Positions 21,177 through 31,986 of a stretch of 64,000 nucleotides of DNA are shown in pieces. The number at the start of each line of letters is the position of its first letter. Within the stretch, counting starts at the first letter, position 1. Origin of the DNA: Candidatus Thorarchaeota archaeon. GTDB lineage: Archaea > Asgardarchaeota > Thorarchaeia > Thorarchaeales > Thorarchaeaceae. The notes below the pieces were generated by a model that saw nothing but the letters and a program-made list of their open reading frames with translations, was not told the origin of the DNA and made no database searches. The position numbers and the translations under genes were made by a program. The stretch covers positions 71,516 through 135,515 of the forward strand of contig JAGSHN010000023.1 of assembly GCA_029855935.1 (NCBI GenBank), in the 5' to 3' direction.

Positions 21177-21640
21177 GAATGAGAAACATTCCGATGCACA
21201 GAGACATTGTGATTCCGAAGACAATGATGCCAACGGTTCCACCTGGCTTTGAAAAGACGATACTGGGGGAACCAAAAGGAGCAATCGCACAATACAGGGG
21301 CCCCGGGAACCTTCACCTACGCGAATACGATGACAGATGGACACTCCATAGAGACTATGGCGACCCACGAACTCTTGGCGGCCTAATCATCCATATATTC
21401 TTGGATGCGCCCGAGATTGGGATATCTTTGCTCATTGCCGCAGGAACCTTCAAGGAAACATACGAGGCCACAGGGTCAACAACAAAGGCGCTGACAGAAG
21501 CGCTGAAGGTTCTGCCAGTTTCGTATATCGCTCTGCGGACAATCAAGGCACTATTTGAGTATCTGGTTCAGTTGTTTTCATCCGGCAGTGTTGAATATTC
21601 ACGACTCAGCCAGAATCCGGCGGTCCGATACGAGTGGTAG
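21173..21640 (+). CDS. Hypothetical protein with C-terminal hydrophobic segments
   Basis: ATGA overlap with the RHH gene; LHLREYDD..LHRD..DP...H...DAPE motif. Confidence 0.6.
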   Translation: MRMRNIPMHRDIVIPKTMMPTVPPGFEKTILGEPKGAIAQYRGPGNLHLREYDDRWTLHRDYGDPRTLGGLIIHIFLDAPEIGISLLIAAGTFKETYEATGSTTKALTEALKVLPVSYIALRTIKALFEYLVQLFSSGSVEYSRLSQNPAVRYEW

Positions 21641-21881
21641 CTTTTCAGGATGCACTTGAATTCGCTAAGTGATAGTACAATTCCCTATCCTCCGGAGAGT
21701 CGATGGTGTTCCATAACCATACAAACTCCGACATCTAGTTCCAGTGTGCACTGGCTCTCGCCGACTGCAATGTACTTCTCCTGCGAGAACGTGAGGGATG
21801 CAGAACAGGATTCAGAGAGAGCGGCAAATGACACAGGTGAGGCGTGATGTCGAGGGAGCCAATGGGCAAATCTCTTTCCCA

Positions 21882-22088
21882 TCATTCTCTAGAACCGTTC
21901 ATCGTGCCTTCCTTCCAGTGACTCATCTCCCGATAGACAATACACTCGATTAGATCTTGGGATAGGTAGCTCAGTAGTGAATTGATTGTCAGTTTACCAC
22001 GTGTGCCACGGCTTGCCCACCTTGCCCACATCTTCTGGTAGGAAACCTTGTTGAGGCTGACGTCAAGTTCTTGTCTGTATCTTCCCAC
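21882..22088 (-). pseudogene. Remnant of an M48/YgjP-like metallopeptidase
   Basis: ARWAS..G.LTINSLL..L...IECIVYREMSH matches RWGSC..N..L..IDYVVVHELxH with the first His lost; fragment only. Confidence 0.55.
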
Positions 22089-22115
22089 AGCGGTCTTTGC
22101 TGTACAAACCGTCGA

Positions 22116-22550
22116 TCAATTGCCATCTCTAATCGACCTCATCACTTGGTCTAGAAACCGGCGCTCGAAGATTGCATAGTCGGGGTAGTGAATCATCACA
22201 TCGGCGAGAAACCTCTCCCACGCCCCCTCTCTCGCAAAAAGGACCAGGCCATCCCGTGCAATCTTGTATCTCAGTGACCAGTTTACGTCCTCGACAAGAA
22301 TGACATCGACCCGTTTTTCTGGGCCGTTCAATGCGGACACCAGCTCCATCAACAGCCTCCATCTGTCATCCACCTCGGGCAGGGTCGTCTTGATGGCAAT
22401 GTCGGTGTCGCTCAGAGAGTGAGCAGTGCCACGTGCACGGGAGCCGAAGACTGCGATGAACTCTATGCGGTCGCCGCCAATCCGGAGGATGACATCCCGT
22501 ATGTTCTTCAAGTCCGGTGGAATTGAACTGGCTGTCTGCGGCTTTGTCAA
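22116..22550 (-). CDS. Minimal nucleotidyltransferase (orphan MntA-like)
   Basis: VFGSRARGTAHSLSDTDIA, VDVIL. Confidence 0.85.
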   Translation of the reverse strand: MTKPQTASSIPPDLKNIRDVILRIGGDRIEFIAVFGSRARGTAHSLSDTDIAIKTTLPEVDDRWRLLMELVSALNGPEKRVDVILVEDVNWSLRYKIARDGLVLFAREGAWERFLADVMIHYPDYAIFERRFLDQVMRSIRDGN

Positions 22551-22969
22551 CGAACCTACCCATCTACTGTTTTGACCTCAAGCATAAAAAACTGGCTAGG
22601 CTAGAATAGGAACGAGAACACCCCAGCAACCCTCGGACCAGAATTGTCAGACAATTACATCCGGGTGCTCCGACAGAGATGTCTGAATGGAACCCGACAC
22701 TCCGGAGTGCAAGATCAGCTGTAGATGTTCTGATCGTTCGATGAAGCGTTCTAGATGCAACCTCGTCCCACTTACGATACTTGCCAGACTGGGATTCCCG
22801 ATGCCTTTGAAACGTAGGCAGACTCCGAGGATTGAACCGGCCTAACTGGGATTGATGGGGGGCAGGACAGCGTCAACGAGAGCACGTCTTGTCCGAGGGC
22901 CAACACACCGACAAGCGTGAACCAAGCCACTCTGGTAGCAACAGCGTGCAACTCGCGCAGGAAATACGT

Positions 22970-23725
22970 CTATCCAGCAAGTGCCTGTATCAGCAAGATT
23001 GCTGCAACTGTGAGGAGGACACCGCCGAACACCGCACGCACGTGCCTCGGCCTTGCGTGATGCGCCATTACTCGCGACCCGATCTGACTCCCCGCAAACA
23101 CGGCCACTGCACAGGCAATCCAGATGTCCCACTGCGGCTCGGCGGCAAAGACCATATGCGAGATGAAGCTCGACGTCCCCGAGCAGCTGACGATGAACGC
23201 CGATGTCGCTGCTGCAATCTTGGGATCCAGTCCGACGATGTACAGCAGTGGCACCACAAAGCTGCCGCCGCCCCTGCCAATCAGCCCAGCGATGAGTCCA
23301 AGCCCAGCACCACCCATCAGACCAATGGCCATTCTCTCGCGGGACTTGAACTCATCACGCGACGGTCTCCACCCGCTCAGCATCAGTAGTGCCGCCGCAG
23401 CCGTGAACAGCGCGAACACAACCAGCAGGACATCGGTGGGAGCAGCGATATTGAGCAACGTTCCGATGGGTGCAAAGATGACCATCGTCAGTCCAAACGG
23501 CAGCGCGATTCTCCAGTCGATGAGCCCCCTCCGATGGTATGTCACGGCGGCCGACGAGCTGTTGATCACGTTCAGCAGCATCCCGAGGGGAATTGCCTGG
23601 GTCTTGAAGTCCATCCCGAACCAGAAGAGAATGGGAATGTAGAGCTGGGACCCGCCCATCCCCAACATCGAGAATACAAATGCAATCAGAAAGAAGACAA
23701 TTGGTATCAGGATGGCGTAGTCCAT
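22970..23725 (-). CDS. TauE/SafE (TSUP) family transporter
   Basis: MLGMGG..IPIL and LIGRGGG..VPLL repeats, AAATS; 8 TM helices. Confidence 0.9.
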   Translation of the reverse strand: MDYAILIPIVFFLIAFVFSMLGMGGSQLYIPILFWFGMDFKTQAIPLGMLLNVINSSSAAVTYHRRGLIDWRIALPFGLTMVIFAPIGTLLNIAAPTDVLLVVFALFTAAAALLMLSGWRPSRDEFKSRERMAIGLMGGAGLGLIAGLIGRGGGSFVVPLLYIVGLDPKIAAATSAFIVSCSGTSSFISHMVFAAEPQWDIWIACAVAVFAGSQIGSRVMAHHARPRHVRAVFGGVLLTVAAILLIQALAG

Positions 23726-24074
23726 GCAATCACTGGCTCCTACAATAGCGACTCAGGTTGTCGAGCCCCGGACCGACTAGCGACCGCTGAGGCCCTGCAG
23801 TCGCATTCCGTGCACTGTTCTATTTACATATGCCGCAACTGGCACACTGCCAGATACTTCAGAATACGCGCTGCTGATCCCTGACCCAGCAGGCCTATTC
23901 GCAAATGGTTTCGCGCTGGCAACGCCCGAGACATTGGCACAGCAGAGTGGTCAGGCCCACAGAGAGTCTACCATCGCAGGGTTCGCAGTGATACCGCTCA
24001 TTCTCCATTCTCAGCCAGTCGTACGACGAATCCTTTTAGATGTGACAGACATAGTATGAGGGGAGGGAAGCACG

Positions 24075-24893
24075 TTGGCATCAAGTCGGACGGCCTTTGG
24101 TCTGATCGTGGTGTACGGCATCAGTGTGGTCCTCAGCGCGGCCTTCTCATTGACAAACCCAGAATGGAGTACGGTCGTTCCACTGCTGGGACTGGAGACG
24201 AGATACCACTTCCTTCTCGTGGTCTACGTCATCCCGCTGGTCGTGGGCATTGTCGTCACATATCTCGCGCTCCGTGGAGTGACTCCTCTCTATCTGAGAC
24301 TGAGAACGGCAATGGCTGAGGGAGACAGCCGCATCGTCTATGCGCCCCCCACCTCTGACCCAAACGACTCGGATGTCTATCTCAGGAGGAGCCTTCTCGT
24401 GGCGTTCCTTGTTCTTGGGATTCTGTCAATCATCATCCACTACGTCGACCCGCATCTCTTCATGACCGACGCGGACTACGAGATGTTCGTCCGAGACGTG
24501 GGCGACCCAAGGTACGCGCCGCCTGTATCCATCACCCTGGCTGGCCTGTTGATTCCGCTTGCGGTCGCCGTGTGGTCGATAGTCTGGATCCTGCAGGACT
24601 GCAATCTCTACGAGGAGCAGAGAGTCGGAACTGGCGTCGTTGCTGGCGCGACGTATGAGCCTCTGTGGCTTAGACCGGCCAAGTTCCTGCAGGGATACTC
24701 GGGAATCTCGTCGCTGCTCTTCGTGATCTCTATCGCGGCTCTCTTCATCGCGACTGGCGAGTCACTGATGTCCGCAGTATTCACCATACTGATACCAATC
24801 TTCGCGGTCGTTCAGTGCATTCCTGTCTACCTCTTCTACACCCGCATCGACAGAGGGTTCCTGTTGCAGAGGGCCGAGAGACTCAGCTCATAG
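24075..24893 (+). CDS. Membrane protein, unknown function
   Basis: About 6 hydrophobic helices. Confidence 0.65.
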   Translation: MASSRTAFGLIVVYGISVVLSAAFSLTNPEWSTVVPLLGLETRYHFLLVVYVIPLVVGIVVTYLALRGVTPLYLRLRTAMAEGDSRIVYAPPTSDPNDSDVYLRRSLLVAFLVLGILSIIIHYVDPHLFMTDADYEMFVRDVGDPRYAPPVSITLAGLLIPLAVAVWSIVWILQDCNLYEEQRVGTGVVAGATYEPLWLRPAKFLQGYSGISSLLFVISIAALFIATGESLMSAVFTILIPIFAVVQCIPVYLFYTRIDRGFLLQRAERLSS

Positions 24894-25194
24894 ACCAACA
24901 GTCGTCTTGCCGGCGAGACAGTGTCCCGATGTTCCCGCAACCAGATTCCGTGTGTTGTACGGCTCTATCCGCTCATCGACGAGGACCACGGACAAGTACA
25001 GCAGGAACTCACGGATCACGACCGGGTCCGAATCACCATCGCGCTCCGTCGCCGCCAATGCCTCGCAAGAACGAGGTCCTCTGTTCATACTCAGGTCTCC
25101 AGCAAGAACCAACTCCGATGCCTGCGTGAAGTCCCAGACTACACAGGTCTGGTTGAAACGGGAAGCGGAACTCACCCAATCATAGCCGTCCGAG

Positions 25195-26139
25195 ATGAGT
25201 CCTCACAGTCGCAGGCACGACCTCATTGACGTGCCAATATTGAAATTGCCAGAAGACAATACGCTGCTGACTGGCGCGGGAGGATCAGTATTGCAAGACT
25301 CGGAGAAGCGCGAGGCCATAGGGCTCATAGTCATAGTTGTCTTCACGATGTTGGGCGGAGTCGCTACAGTATTTCTGGTAGTGCCGCACCTTGCCGACCT
25401 CCCGATGTGGGCTGCTGTTGCCATTCTGACAAGTATCGCCTTGGCAATTGTGGGTCTCGGTGCTGGAGCCCTGATTGTCCTGACACGCGGGAGCACCGAG
25501 TCGAGACGTCCGACAGGAGAGGACGTTGCAAGAGCCATCGCTCTACTCGATAGACTCTGTAACGGGCTGTCACCGCCACTGATCTCTGACAGCGAGAGAG
25601 AGACCTCCATGGAACTGGACCCCTTCTCTGGCGCGGCTGCAGAGGCGACTGTGCGCGTTCTTCTTGCCGCAGACGCCCCTTTATCGAAATGGTGGGCAGA
25701 GGCTGTGCAACGCGAGGTCCCTCACTGGAGGGATGTCATACAGGTACCTGCTGTGGTGACCGATTCGGCGCTTGACGTAAACGAGGGGTGTGTGATGCTC
25801 GTGCTGATTGTTCTCTACGCTGTCTACTCTGCCGTGCAGTTCTTGGTCGGTCCCGCTCTTGCACCAGTCGTTTCTGTAGTCATAATTGTTCTCCCTGTCG
25901 TTGTCATAGCCGTGGCATGGAGAAGACGGTCTCGGAGGCAATCCGAGATGGGTCTTGATGAACTGAGTTGCATAGGGATTCGCAAGGTGATTCGTTACGC
26001 AGAGAAGCGGATGGAAGAGGAACTGACTGTGTACGTGATTGGAAGATACGACGGCCTGCAGTACACGGAAGAGTTCATCGAGACCGAGGACAATATGCGA
26101 CTCACAAGGGCGCTGCTGATCCCGCGGGCGAGGCGGTGA
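25195..26139 (+). CDS. Membrane protein (2+2 TM), unknown function
   Basis: Two pairs of TM helices; start uncertain. Confidence 0.6.
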   Translation: MSPHSRRHDLIDVPILKLPEDNTLLTGAGGSVLQDSEKREAIGLIVIVVFTMLGGVATVFLVVPHLADLPMWAAVAILTSIALAIVGLGAGALIVLTRGSTESRRPTGEDVARAIALLDRLCNGLSPPLISDSERETSMELDPFSGAAAEATVRVLLAADAPLSKWWAEAVQREVPHWRDVIQVPAVVTDSALDVNEGCVMLVLIVLYAVYSAVQFLVGPALAPVVSVVIIVLPVVVIAVAWRRRSRRQSEMGLDELSCIGIRKVIRYAEKRMEEELTVYVIGRYDGLQYTEEFIETEDNMRLTRALLIPRARR

Positions 26140-26400
26140 CTATCCGTATTCACCGGGGTCTCAGGACATCTCGATTGCGACCCCCATAGGGCATTCTCAT
26201 AGTGTCTCCCAACCCGGAGGAGAGTCATTCAGAGATGGGCGTACGCCATCCGTCAGTCTTGCAAACGAATGAGTGCTCAGACGCTTGTGCAAGAGTTATC
26301 TTGCCGTTCACATAGACTGCCAGATGTGTTCAGCCGTGAGCTGCGCTTCGCTATCGACAACAGCAGCTGCTCAACACGCCGCGCACTGGAGTGAGAAGAG

Positions 26401-27540
26401 ATGAGGCTTGCATTTGTTTCCACGTTCCTGCCACAGCAATGCGGAATAGCGACGTACACGGACTACCTTGTCAGGGGACTGAGGAAGGCCGACCCAGATC
26501 TTGAGATCACGGTTCTCGCAGAGGACGGTGCCGAGGCCCTGCGCGATGGCAACCTCACGGTAGTACCGTGCTGGAACAGGAGGGAGGACTACGTGAAGCA
26601 GATTCTCAGCAGGACCGACGACATCGACATCCTCCATATCCAGCACGAATACGGCATCTACTCCTTCGACGAGAGGCTGCCGACCCTCCTCGACAGCCTG
26701 CCGGACACCATCGGCAAGGTCGTCACAATCCATTGTGTCAGGCCGGCACAGGTGAGCGAGAGAGGCCCCGTGGACGAGGAGTACGCAAGGGAGATAGCCG
26801 AGCGCGCTGATCACGTCATTCTTCATCTCCCCTCTCAGAGGGCAATCCTTGAGCGGCTCGGCATTCCGCGAGAGAAGATATCTGTGATAGCCCACGGTAC
26901 TGAGCTGAGCGATGAGGACCCTATCGAGTCGAGAAGACGACTTGACATCCCCGAGGATGCGAGGATAATGCTGATGTTCGGCTTCGTCAAGCCCCACAAG
27001 TGTCTGCACGTGGCTGTGGAGGCGCTGCGCAAGATCATCGATGAGGGTGTTGACGCGCGACTGTTCGTGGCGGGTGGACTCGCCTCAAACGCAAACGAGG
27101 AGGCAAGACGATATGTGGACACCGTCAGGGAGAGGATAGCCGAGCTCCGACTACAGGAGAGTGTCATCTTCCCGAACCGATTCTATCCCAACGAGGATGT
27201 CCCGTACCTCTTCAGGGCCTGCGATGTCGTCCTGTTTCCGTACTACGAGGGCGACCGCTCGGCGTCGGGCTCGCTTCATCTCGCCATCGGCGCGGCACGG
27301 CCCGTCATCGCCTCGCGCATCCCCAAGTTCGTGGAGCTTGCGAACATCAGCGACGAACTGCTGATCCTCCCTCACAACTCCGACGAGCTCGCCCAGCTTG
27401 CACTGCGCCTGTTCACTGACAGTGAGTTCAACAAGTACATCACGCGTAGGACTGAAGAGTACCGCGAACAGACTTCATGGAAGAAGACTGCACAGAGGCA
27501 CCTCGAGGTATACGAAAAAGTGAAGGAGGAGAGTCACTGA
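26401..27540 (+). CDS. GT4 family glycosyltransferase
   Basis: CGIATYT, HIQHEYG, FGFVKPHK, SASGSLHLA...PVIAS. Confidence 0.9.
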   Translation: MRLAFVSTFLPQQCGIATYTDYLVRGLRKADPDLEITVLAEDGAEALRDGNLTVVPCWNRREDYVKQILSRTDDIDILHIQHEYGIYSFDERLPTLLDSLPDTIGKVVTIHCVRPAQVSERGPVDEEYAREIAERADHVILHLPSQRAILERLGIPREKISVIAHGTELSDEDPIESRRRLDIPEDARIMLMFGFVKPHKCLHVAVEALRKIIDEGVDARLFVAGGLASNANEEARRYVDTVRERIAELRLQESVIFPNRFYPNEDVPYLFRACDVVLFPYYEGDRSASGSLHLAIGAARPVIASRIPKFVELANISDELLILPHNSDELAQLALRLFTDSEFNKYITRRTEEYREQTSWKKTAQRHLEVYEKVKEESH

Positions 27541-27569
27541 ACGGAATCGGAGCGCACTCATAGACAGAG

Positions 27570-28763
27570 GTGATTCACAGAATGAAAGGAGGATTCGACG
27601 AGACGATCAGGAGAACGGGTCCCGGAGAGACCGTCACTCTCGATAATGGGGAGAATGTCTTCCGGCTCTCTTCTTTCGAGGGGAACCCAGTAGTTCATCC
27701 GCGCGACATAGGTCTGACCTCAACAGAGGAGGACGGAAACGAGCAGCTTGGCGCCGTCTTCAATGGCGGTGCCGTTCTGCACGGGAATCAAGCCATCCTG
27801 ACCCCACGCTGTCACAGAGACTACCGAAGAATCACGTTCTATGACGAGAGGTTGGGCAGGGAGAGAACCGGTTTTGACAACTATGTTTCCGAAGTGTGGG
27901 TACTGTCCAGTGACGACGGGGTCGACTTCGCGCCGACGGGAACGATCATCCGTGGCGACGGGACCGAACACAGCGACTTCACCTATGGCATCGAGGACAT
28001 CCGCATCGTGCCGTTTGAGGACAGGTACCTGCTGATAGGGTGCGGCAAGGTCAAGCCGCCATTCAAGGGCTCAAATGCAGACCGTGTGGCCATCTACTCG
28101 ACAGAGGACTTTGAGAGCATCACCTATCACGGAATGATCAGGGCGTTCGACAGCAGAAACGCCGTGCCCATCTTTGATGACAACGGAGGGGCTCACATCC
28201 TCCTCCGGTTTCATCCGAACATCTACATCGCCCGACTTGAGAACGGTGGTCAGGAACTCCTGCAGCCAAAGAAGTACGAGGACTGGTGGGAGCGCGTCTA
28301 CACGCACAGGGAGGACCATCTCCTGCTGAGGGCGGGAGCGCACGCGCACGAGACTGAGAAGATCGGTCCCGGGCCTCCGCCCATCAAGACGGACGAGGGA
28401 TGGCTTCTCATATACCACGCAGTTGGCGAGATTGATGGCCATATCTGTCGGGTCTACGGACTGGACAGGCCGATTGAGCGAGGATACTCTGTCTGCGCGG
28501 CGCTGCTCGACCCAGACGAACCCCGGAGGGTACTCTATCGGACGAACAGACCGCTCTACATCCCGCATAGGCCGTACGAGCTGTATGGAGATGACCAGTA
28601 TCCCGTCGACATTCCTGCTGTGGTCTTTCCGACAGGAGCCATAGAGCACAGAGGCAGACTGTTGCTCTACTGCGGTGCCGGTGACAAGTATATGGTCCTC
28701 TTGAGCTGCGAGACGAAGCGTCTACTTGAGTACCTAGAGGACCATCCTGCTCAACGAGAATGA
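27570..28763 (+). CDS. GH130-like glycosidase/phosphorylase
   Basis: VFNGGA, GIEDIRI, KIGPGPPPIKTDEGWLLIYH, VVFPTG, YCGAGD. Confidence 0.85.
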   Translation: MIHRMKGGFDETIRRTGPGETVTLDNGENVFRLSSFEGNPVVHPRDIGLTSTEEDGNEQLGAVFNGGAVLHGNQAILTPRCHRDYRRITFYDERLGRERTGFDNYVSEVWVLSSDDGVDFAPTGTIIRGDGTEHSDFTYGIEDIRIVPFEDRYLLIGCGKVKPPFKGSNADRVAIYSTEDFESITYHGMIRAFDSRNAVPIFDDNGGAHILLRFHPNIYIARLENGGQELLQPKKYEDWWERVYTHREDHLLLRAGAHAHETEKIGPGPPPIKTDEGWLLIYHAVGEIDGHICRVYGLDRPIERGYSVCAALLDPDEPRRVLYRTNRPLYIPHRPYELYGDDQYPVDIPAVVFPTGAIEHRGRLLLYCGAGDKYMVLLSCETKRLLEYLEDHPAQRE

Positions 28764-28817
28764 CTACGCGCGAGGGCGAACAGCATCGTGAGGTGGACTG
28801 TTGGAGGGCGGGGCTGT

Positions 28818-31040
28818 CTACGTGCCGGATTGTCCAGCATCCCTGCCCAGCAGCCGCCCGCCGAAGGAGTTGAACAGAATTGTCGTCACACTTGCCGCCA
28901 TTGCGACCATCGCCCAGACAGGATGCACAAGGCCCAGCACGGCCGCCGGCACACCGATTCCGTTGAACAGGAAGGCGAGCGTCAGGTTCTGGACGGTCTT
29001 GGAATAGCTGGACCTCCCAATCTCCAGCGTGTCTATCACACCGCCAATCCTGTCACCCACAAGGACCACGTCCGCCGACTCAATTGATACATCAGTACCA
29101 GAGCTCACGGCCACACCGACATCAGCCTGCATCAACGCAGGGGCGTCATTTATGCCATCTCCGACCATCATCACCCTGTGGCCCTCGGACTGGATCTCTC
29201 GGACCTTCTGAGCCTTGTCGCCCGGGAGTACCTCGGCATACACACAGTGAATCCGAACTTCCTCCGCCACACCCCTTGCTGTCCTTGCGTTGTCTCCGGT
29301 GATCATCACCGACGTGATACCCATCTCGTGCAATCTCTGGACGGTCTCTGCACCGTCCTCCTTCAGCAGGTCCCCGATTGCTATCAGACCCGAGATCGAC
29401 CTCTCCACAGCAACGATGACTACGGTCAGACCACGTTCCTGTAGCTCGACAAGCCGCTGATGCACGGGCGCGATGTCAATCCCCATCTGCTCTATGAACC
29501 GTGAGTTACCCACACATACGGAACGACCGCCGACAGACGCGCTCACGCCAGCACCTCTTGTGGAGACAAAGTCGGTAGCGTCATGAAAGGAGAGTCCGTT
29601 GTCGATGGCGTAGTCGACTATGGCCCTCGCCAGAGGATGCTCTGACAGTCGCTCGACACTGGCTGCCAGTGACACAAGATCTTCGCCGCTGAACGAGCCT
29701 GTTGTCACCACCCCGACCACATACGGCCTGCCACGTGTCAGAGTCCCCGTCTTGTCAAAGACAACCGTATCGATGTCCTTCAGCACCTCGAACGCCTGCC
29801 CTGATCTTATGAGGACGCCTCTTCGTGCGGCTCGGCCGCCGCCACGCACGATTGCCAAGGGCGTCGCCATTCCGAGGGCACAGGGGTAGCCCATCACAAG
29901 CACAGCGAGCGTCGAATAGATCGCCCTCAGTAGGTCGTAGGTGCCGGAGACCATCCGCAGACCAACAGTCCACAGCAGAAAGGCGAGGAGGGCCGCCCCG
30001 AGAACCACTCTGACGTAGTGCTTCAGGACTCTATCCACAAGAAGCAGGATGTTCGGCTTCAGGGCACGTGCCTCACGGATGTGCGTCGCCACCTGTTGGA
30101 GGAACGACTCCGAGGCCTCCTTCGAGACATTGATCACAAGCGAGCCGTCCTGATTCAGCGCGCCACCTATGACCTCATCCCCGACCTCAACGTGAACCGG
30201 GATGAACTCGCCCGTGACAAGGCTGTTGTCAACAGTGGAGTGCCCCTCCTCGACCACGCCGTCAGTCGGTATACGTTCACCCGGCCGGACACGCACTCTG
30301 TCGCCCACGGTCAGATGCTCCACAGGCACCTCGTCCTCAGAACCGTCATCTCTCAGGACACGTGCCGTCGCAGGCTGAAGGTCCATCAGTCTCTTGATGG
30401 CCTGAGAAGAGCGTGTCCGGACCACGAGCGCGACATACCCCGACAGGATGTGGTAGGACGTGACAAATACCGCGACGCCGAAGAAGTCGGCAGCGGGCCA
30501 CGGGGTGATGACATAGCCGACAGCACCTCCCAGCAGACCACCAAACGCCGCGCACTCAAGGAGAACATGCTGGTTCAGAATCCCCCTCCTCAGCGAGGAC
30601 GCAGCCATTTGGAGGATATACCAGCCGGGGCCAAAGATGTTGAGCGCGGCCAGAATGAACATCAGGACAGGCCCGCCAGGCACTGGCCGTCCCAGCCACA
30701 TAGCGACCATCAGACCAAGCGCGACCAACGTCAGCGACCCTGACACAGCCATCCGGGCCCTCTCCCTTCTGAGTTCGGCCTCCTCCTCCTCGAAAGTCCT
30801 CAGCCGATCGGGGTCGTAGAGAGTGAACCCGACACTCCTGATGGCATCCCTCACGTCCAGCGGCCTGACCCGGCCTGGATCATACTCGACAAGGACCTCC
30901 TCGTGACCCAGGTTCACTGCAACGCGTGTCACTCCGTTCAGACGCTTGAGGGAGGCCTCAATTGTGCTGGTGCAGAAGGAGCACTGCATACCACCAATCT
31001 TCAGGAACAACCTCTCGCGGCTCGGCTCGGTTTCGCTCAT
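28818..31040 (-). CDS. copA: Heavy-metal (Cu+) P1B-type ATPase
   Basis: HMA motif GMQCSFC; TGE, YPCALG, DKTGTLT, HP, GDGINDAP. Confidence 0.9.
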   Translation of the reverse strand: MSETEPSRERLFLKIGGMQCSFCTSTIEASLKRLNGVTRVAVNLGHEEVLVEYDPGRVRPLDVRDAIRSVGFTLYDPDRLRTFEEEEAELRRERARMAVSGSLTLVALGLMVAMWLGRPVPGGPVLMFILAALNIFGPGWYILQMAASSLRRGILNQHVLLECAAFGGLLGGAVGYVITPWPAADFFGVAVFVTSYHILSGYVALVVRTRSSQAIKRLMDLQPATARVLRDDGSEDEVPVEHLTVGDRVRVRPGERIPTDGVVEEGHSTVDNSLVTGEFIPVHVEVGDEVIGGALNQDGSLVINVSKEASESFLQQVATHIREARALKPNILLLVDRVLKHYVRVVLGAALLAFLLWTVGLRMVSGTYDLLRAIYSTLAVLVMGYPCALGMATPLAIVRGGGRAARRGVLIRSGQAFEVLKDIDTVVFDKTGTLTRGRPYVVGVVTTGSFSGEDLVSLAASVERLSEHPLARAIVDYAIDNGLSFHDATDFVSTRGAGVSASVGGRSVCVGNSRFIEQMGIDIAPVHQRLVELQERGLTVVIVAVERSISGLIAIGDLLKEDGAETVQRLHEMGITSVMITGDNARTARGVAEEVRIHCVYAEVLPGDKAQKVREIQSEGHRVMMVGDGINDAPALMQADVGVAVSSGTDVSIESADVVLVGDRIGGVIDTLEIGRSSYSKTVQNLTLAFLFNGIGVPAAVLGLVHPVWAMVAMAASVTTILFNSFGGRLLGRDAGQSGT

Positions 31041-31070
31041 CGACTGACACCGTCTCCTGACTCAGCGCTC

Positions 31071-31307
31071 TCACTCATCGCTCATCGAGACGACAGGAAA
31101 GCCCATCTGGTCGAGAATCCGTGCAATCTCATCCCGGCTGACTCTCTCTGGCTCGAAGACCACCCGGACAGTGCTGTTCTCGATGTCGGCAGCGACACGC
31201 AGTACACCCGACGTGGCTGACAGCACCCTCTCAATTCGTGCAACACAGCCGCCGCAATGAATCGAACCGCTCTTGACGGTGATGGACAACCGGGCAGGGA
31301 CAGTCAC
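31071..31307 (-). CDS. copZ: Heavy-metal-associated chaperone
   Basis: IHCGGC HMA motif, 78 aa, directly upstream of copA. Confidence 0.85.
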   Translation of the reverse strand: MTVPARLSITVKSGSIHCGGCVARIERVLSATSGVLRVAADIENSTVRVVFEPERVSRDEIARILDQMGFPVVSMSDE

Positions 31308-31913
31308 TGTGCGGACACCTCTCCAGAGACTCTTCCGATTGTCATTATGTGGCTTCCCGTTGTGGCACCACCAACGTGTGAACGCGGGTCATGCAGCGCA
31401 ACTCAGCCACCCTTGGGGCCGGGCGAGATCCGACAGTGGTGTCGTTGAACGGCGACAGGGCAAATGAGCCGCGGCTATCTCATCACGCCGTAGTCGAAGG
31501 CACCAACGTGTGGGGGGTCGAAGTGCGCTCGTCAAGCGGATGAGTTGCCTAGATGCAGTGCTATTGTAACTGCCGCAATGTCAATGCTTGCAGCGGCAAA
31601 GGCGGCAACGGACGCGCCCCACCACGTGCCCTGAGCAAGCCTGCGAGGGAAGGACAGAACAGGGTCTTCGTCAGCGGCAGAACTCCGGCCCAGAGATGTG
31701 GACAGATCACTGAACACATTGCAGAAATGAGGCACGGAACGAACTACGAGCCGTGAGCAGGGGCAGCTGGGAGTGAGGATGCTGATGCGACAACGAGATG
31801 CTCTGTCCGGTTCCACAGGCTGTACAGATCCGTCTCCCAGTGGGAGATTCACTCGGATTCGCATCCGGCAGGAGTCTCAGCCCGGGAGGCAAGACCGGCC
31901 GGCTGGTGCCAAG

Positions 31914-31926
31914 AAACCCTTATATC
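31914..31926 (+). promoter_or_regulatory. Archaeal BRE/TATA-like promoter
   Basis: AAACCCTTATATC, repeated at 32900-32912 in the duplicate copy. Confidence 0.55.
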
Positions 31927-31986
31927 ACAGGCGCGCGAATCAGTATCAAGCTCTTCTTTTGAATGAGCGAGAGGAGACTATGAAGA

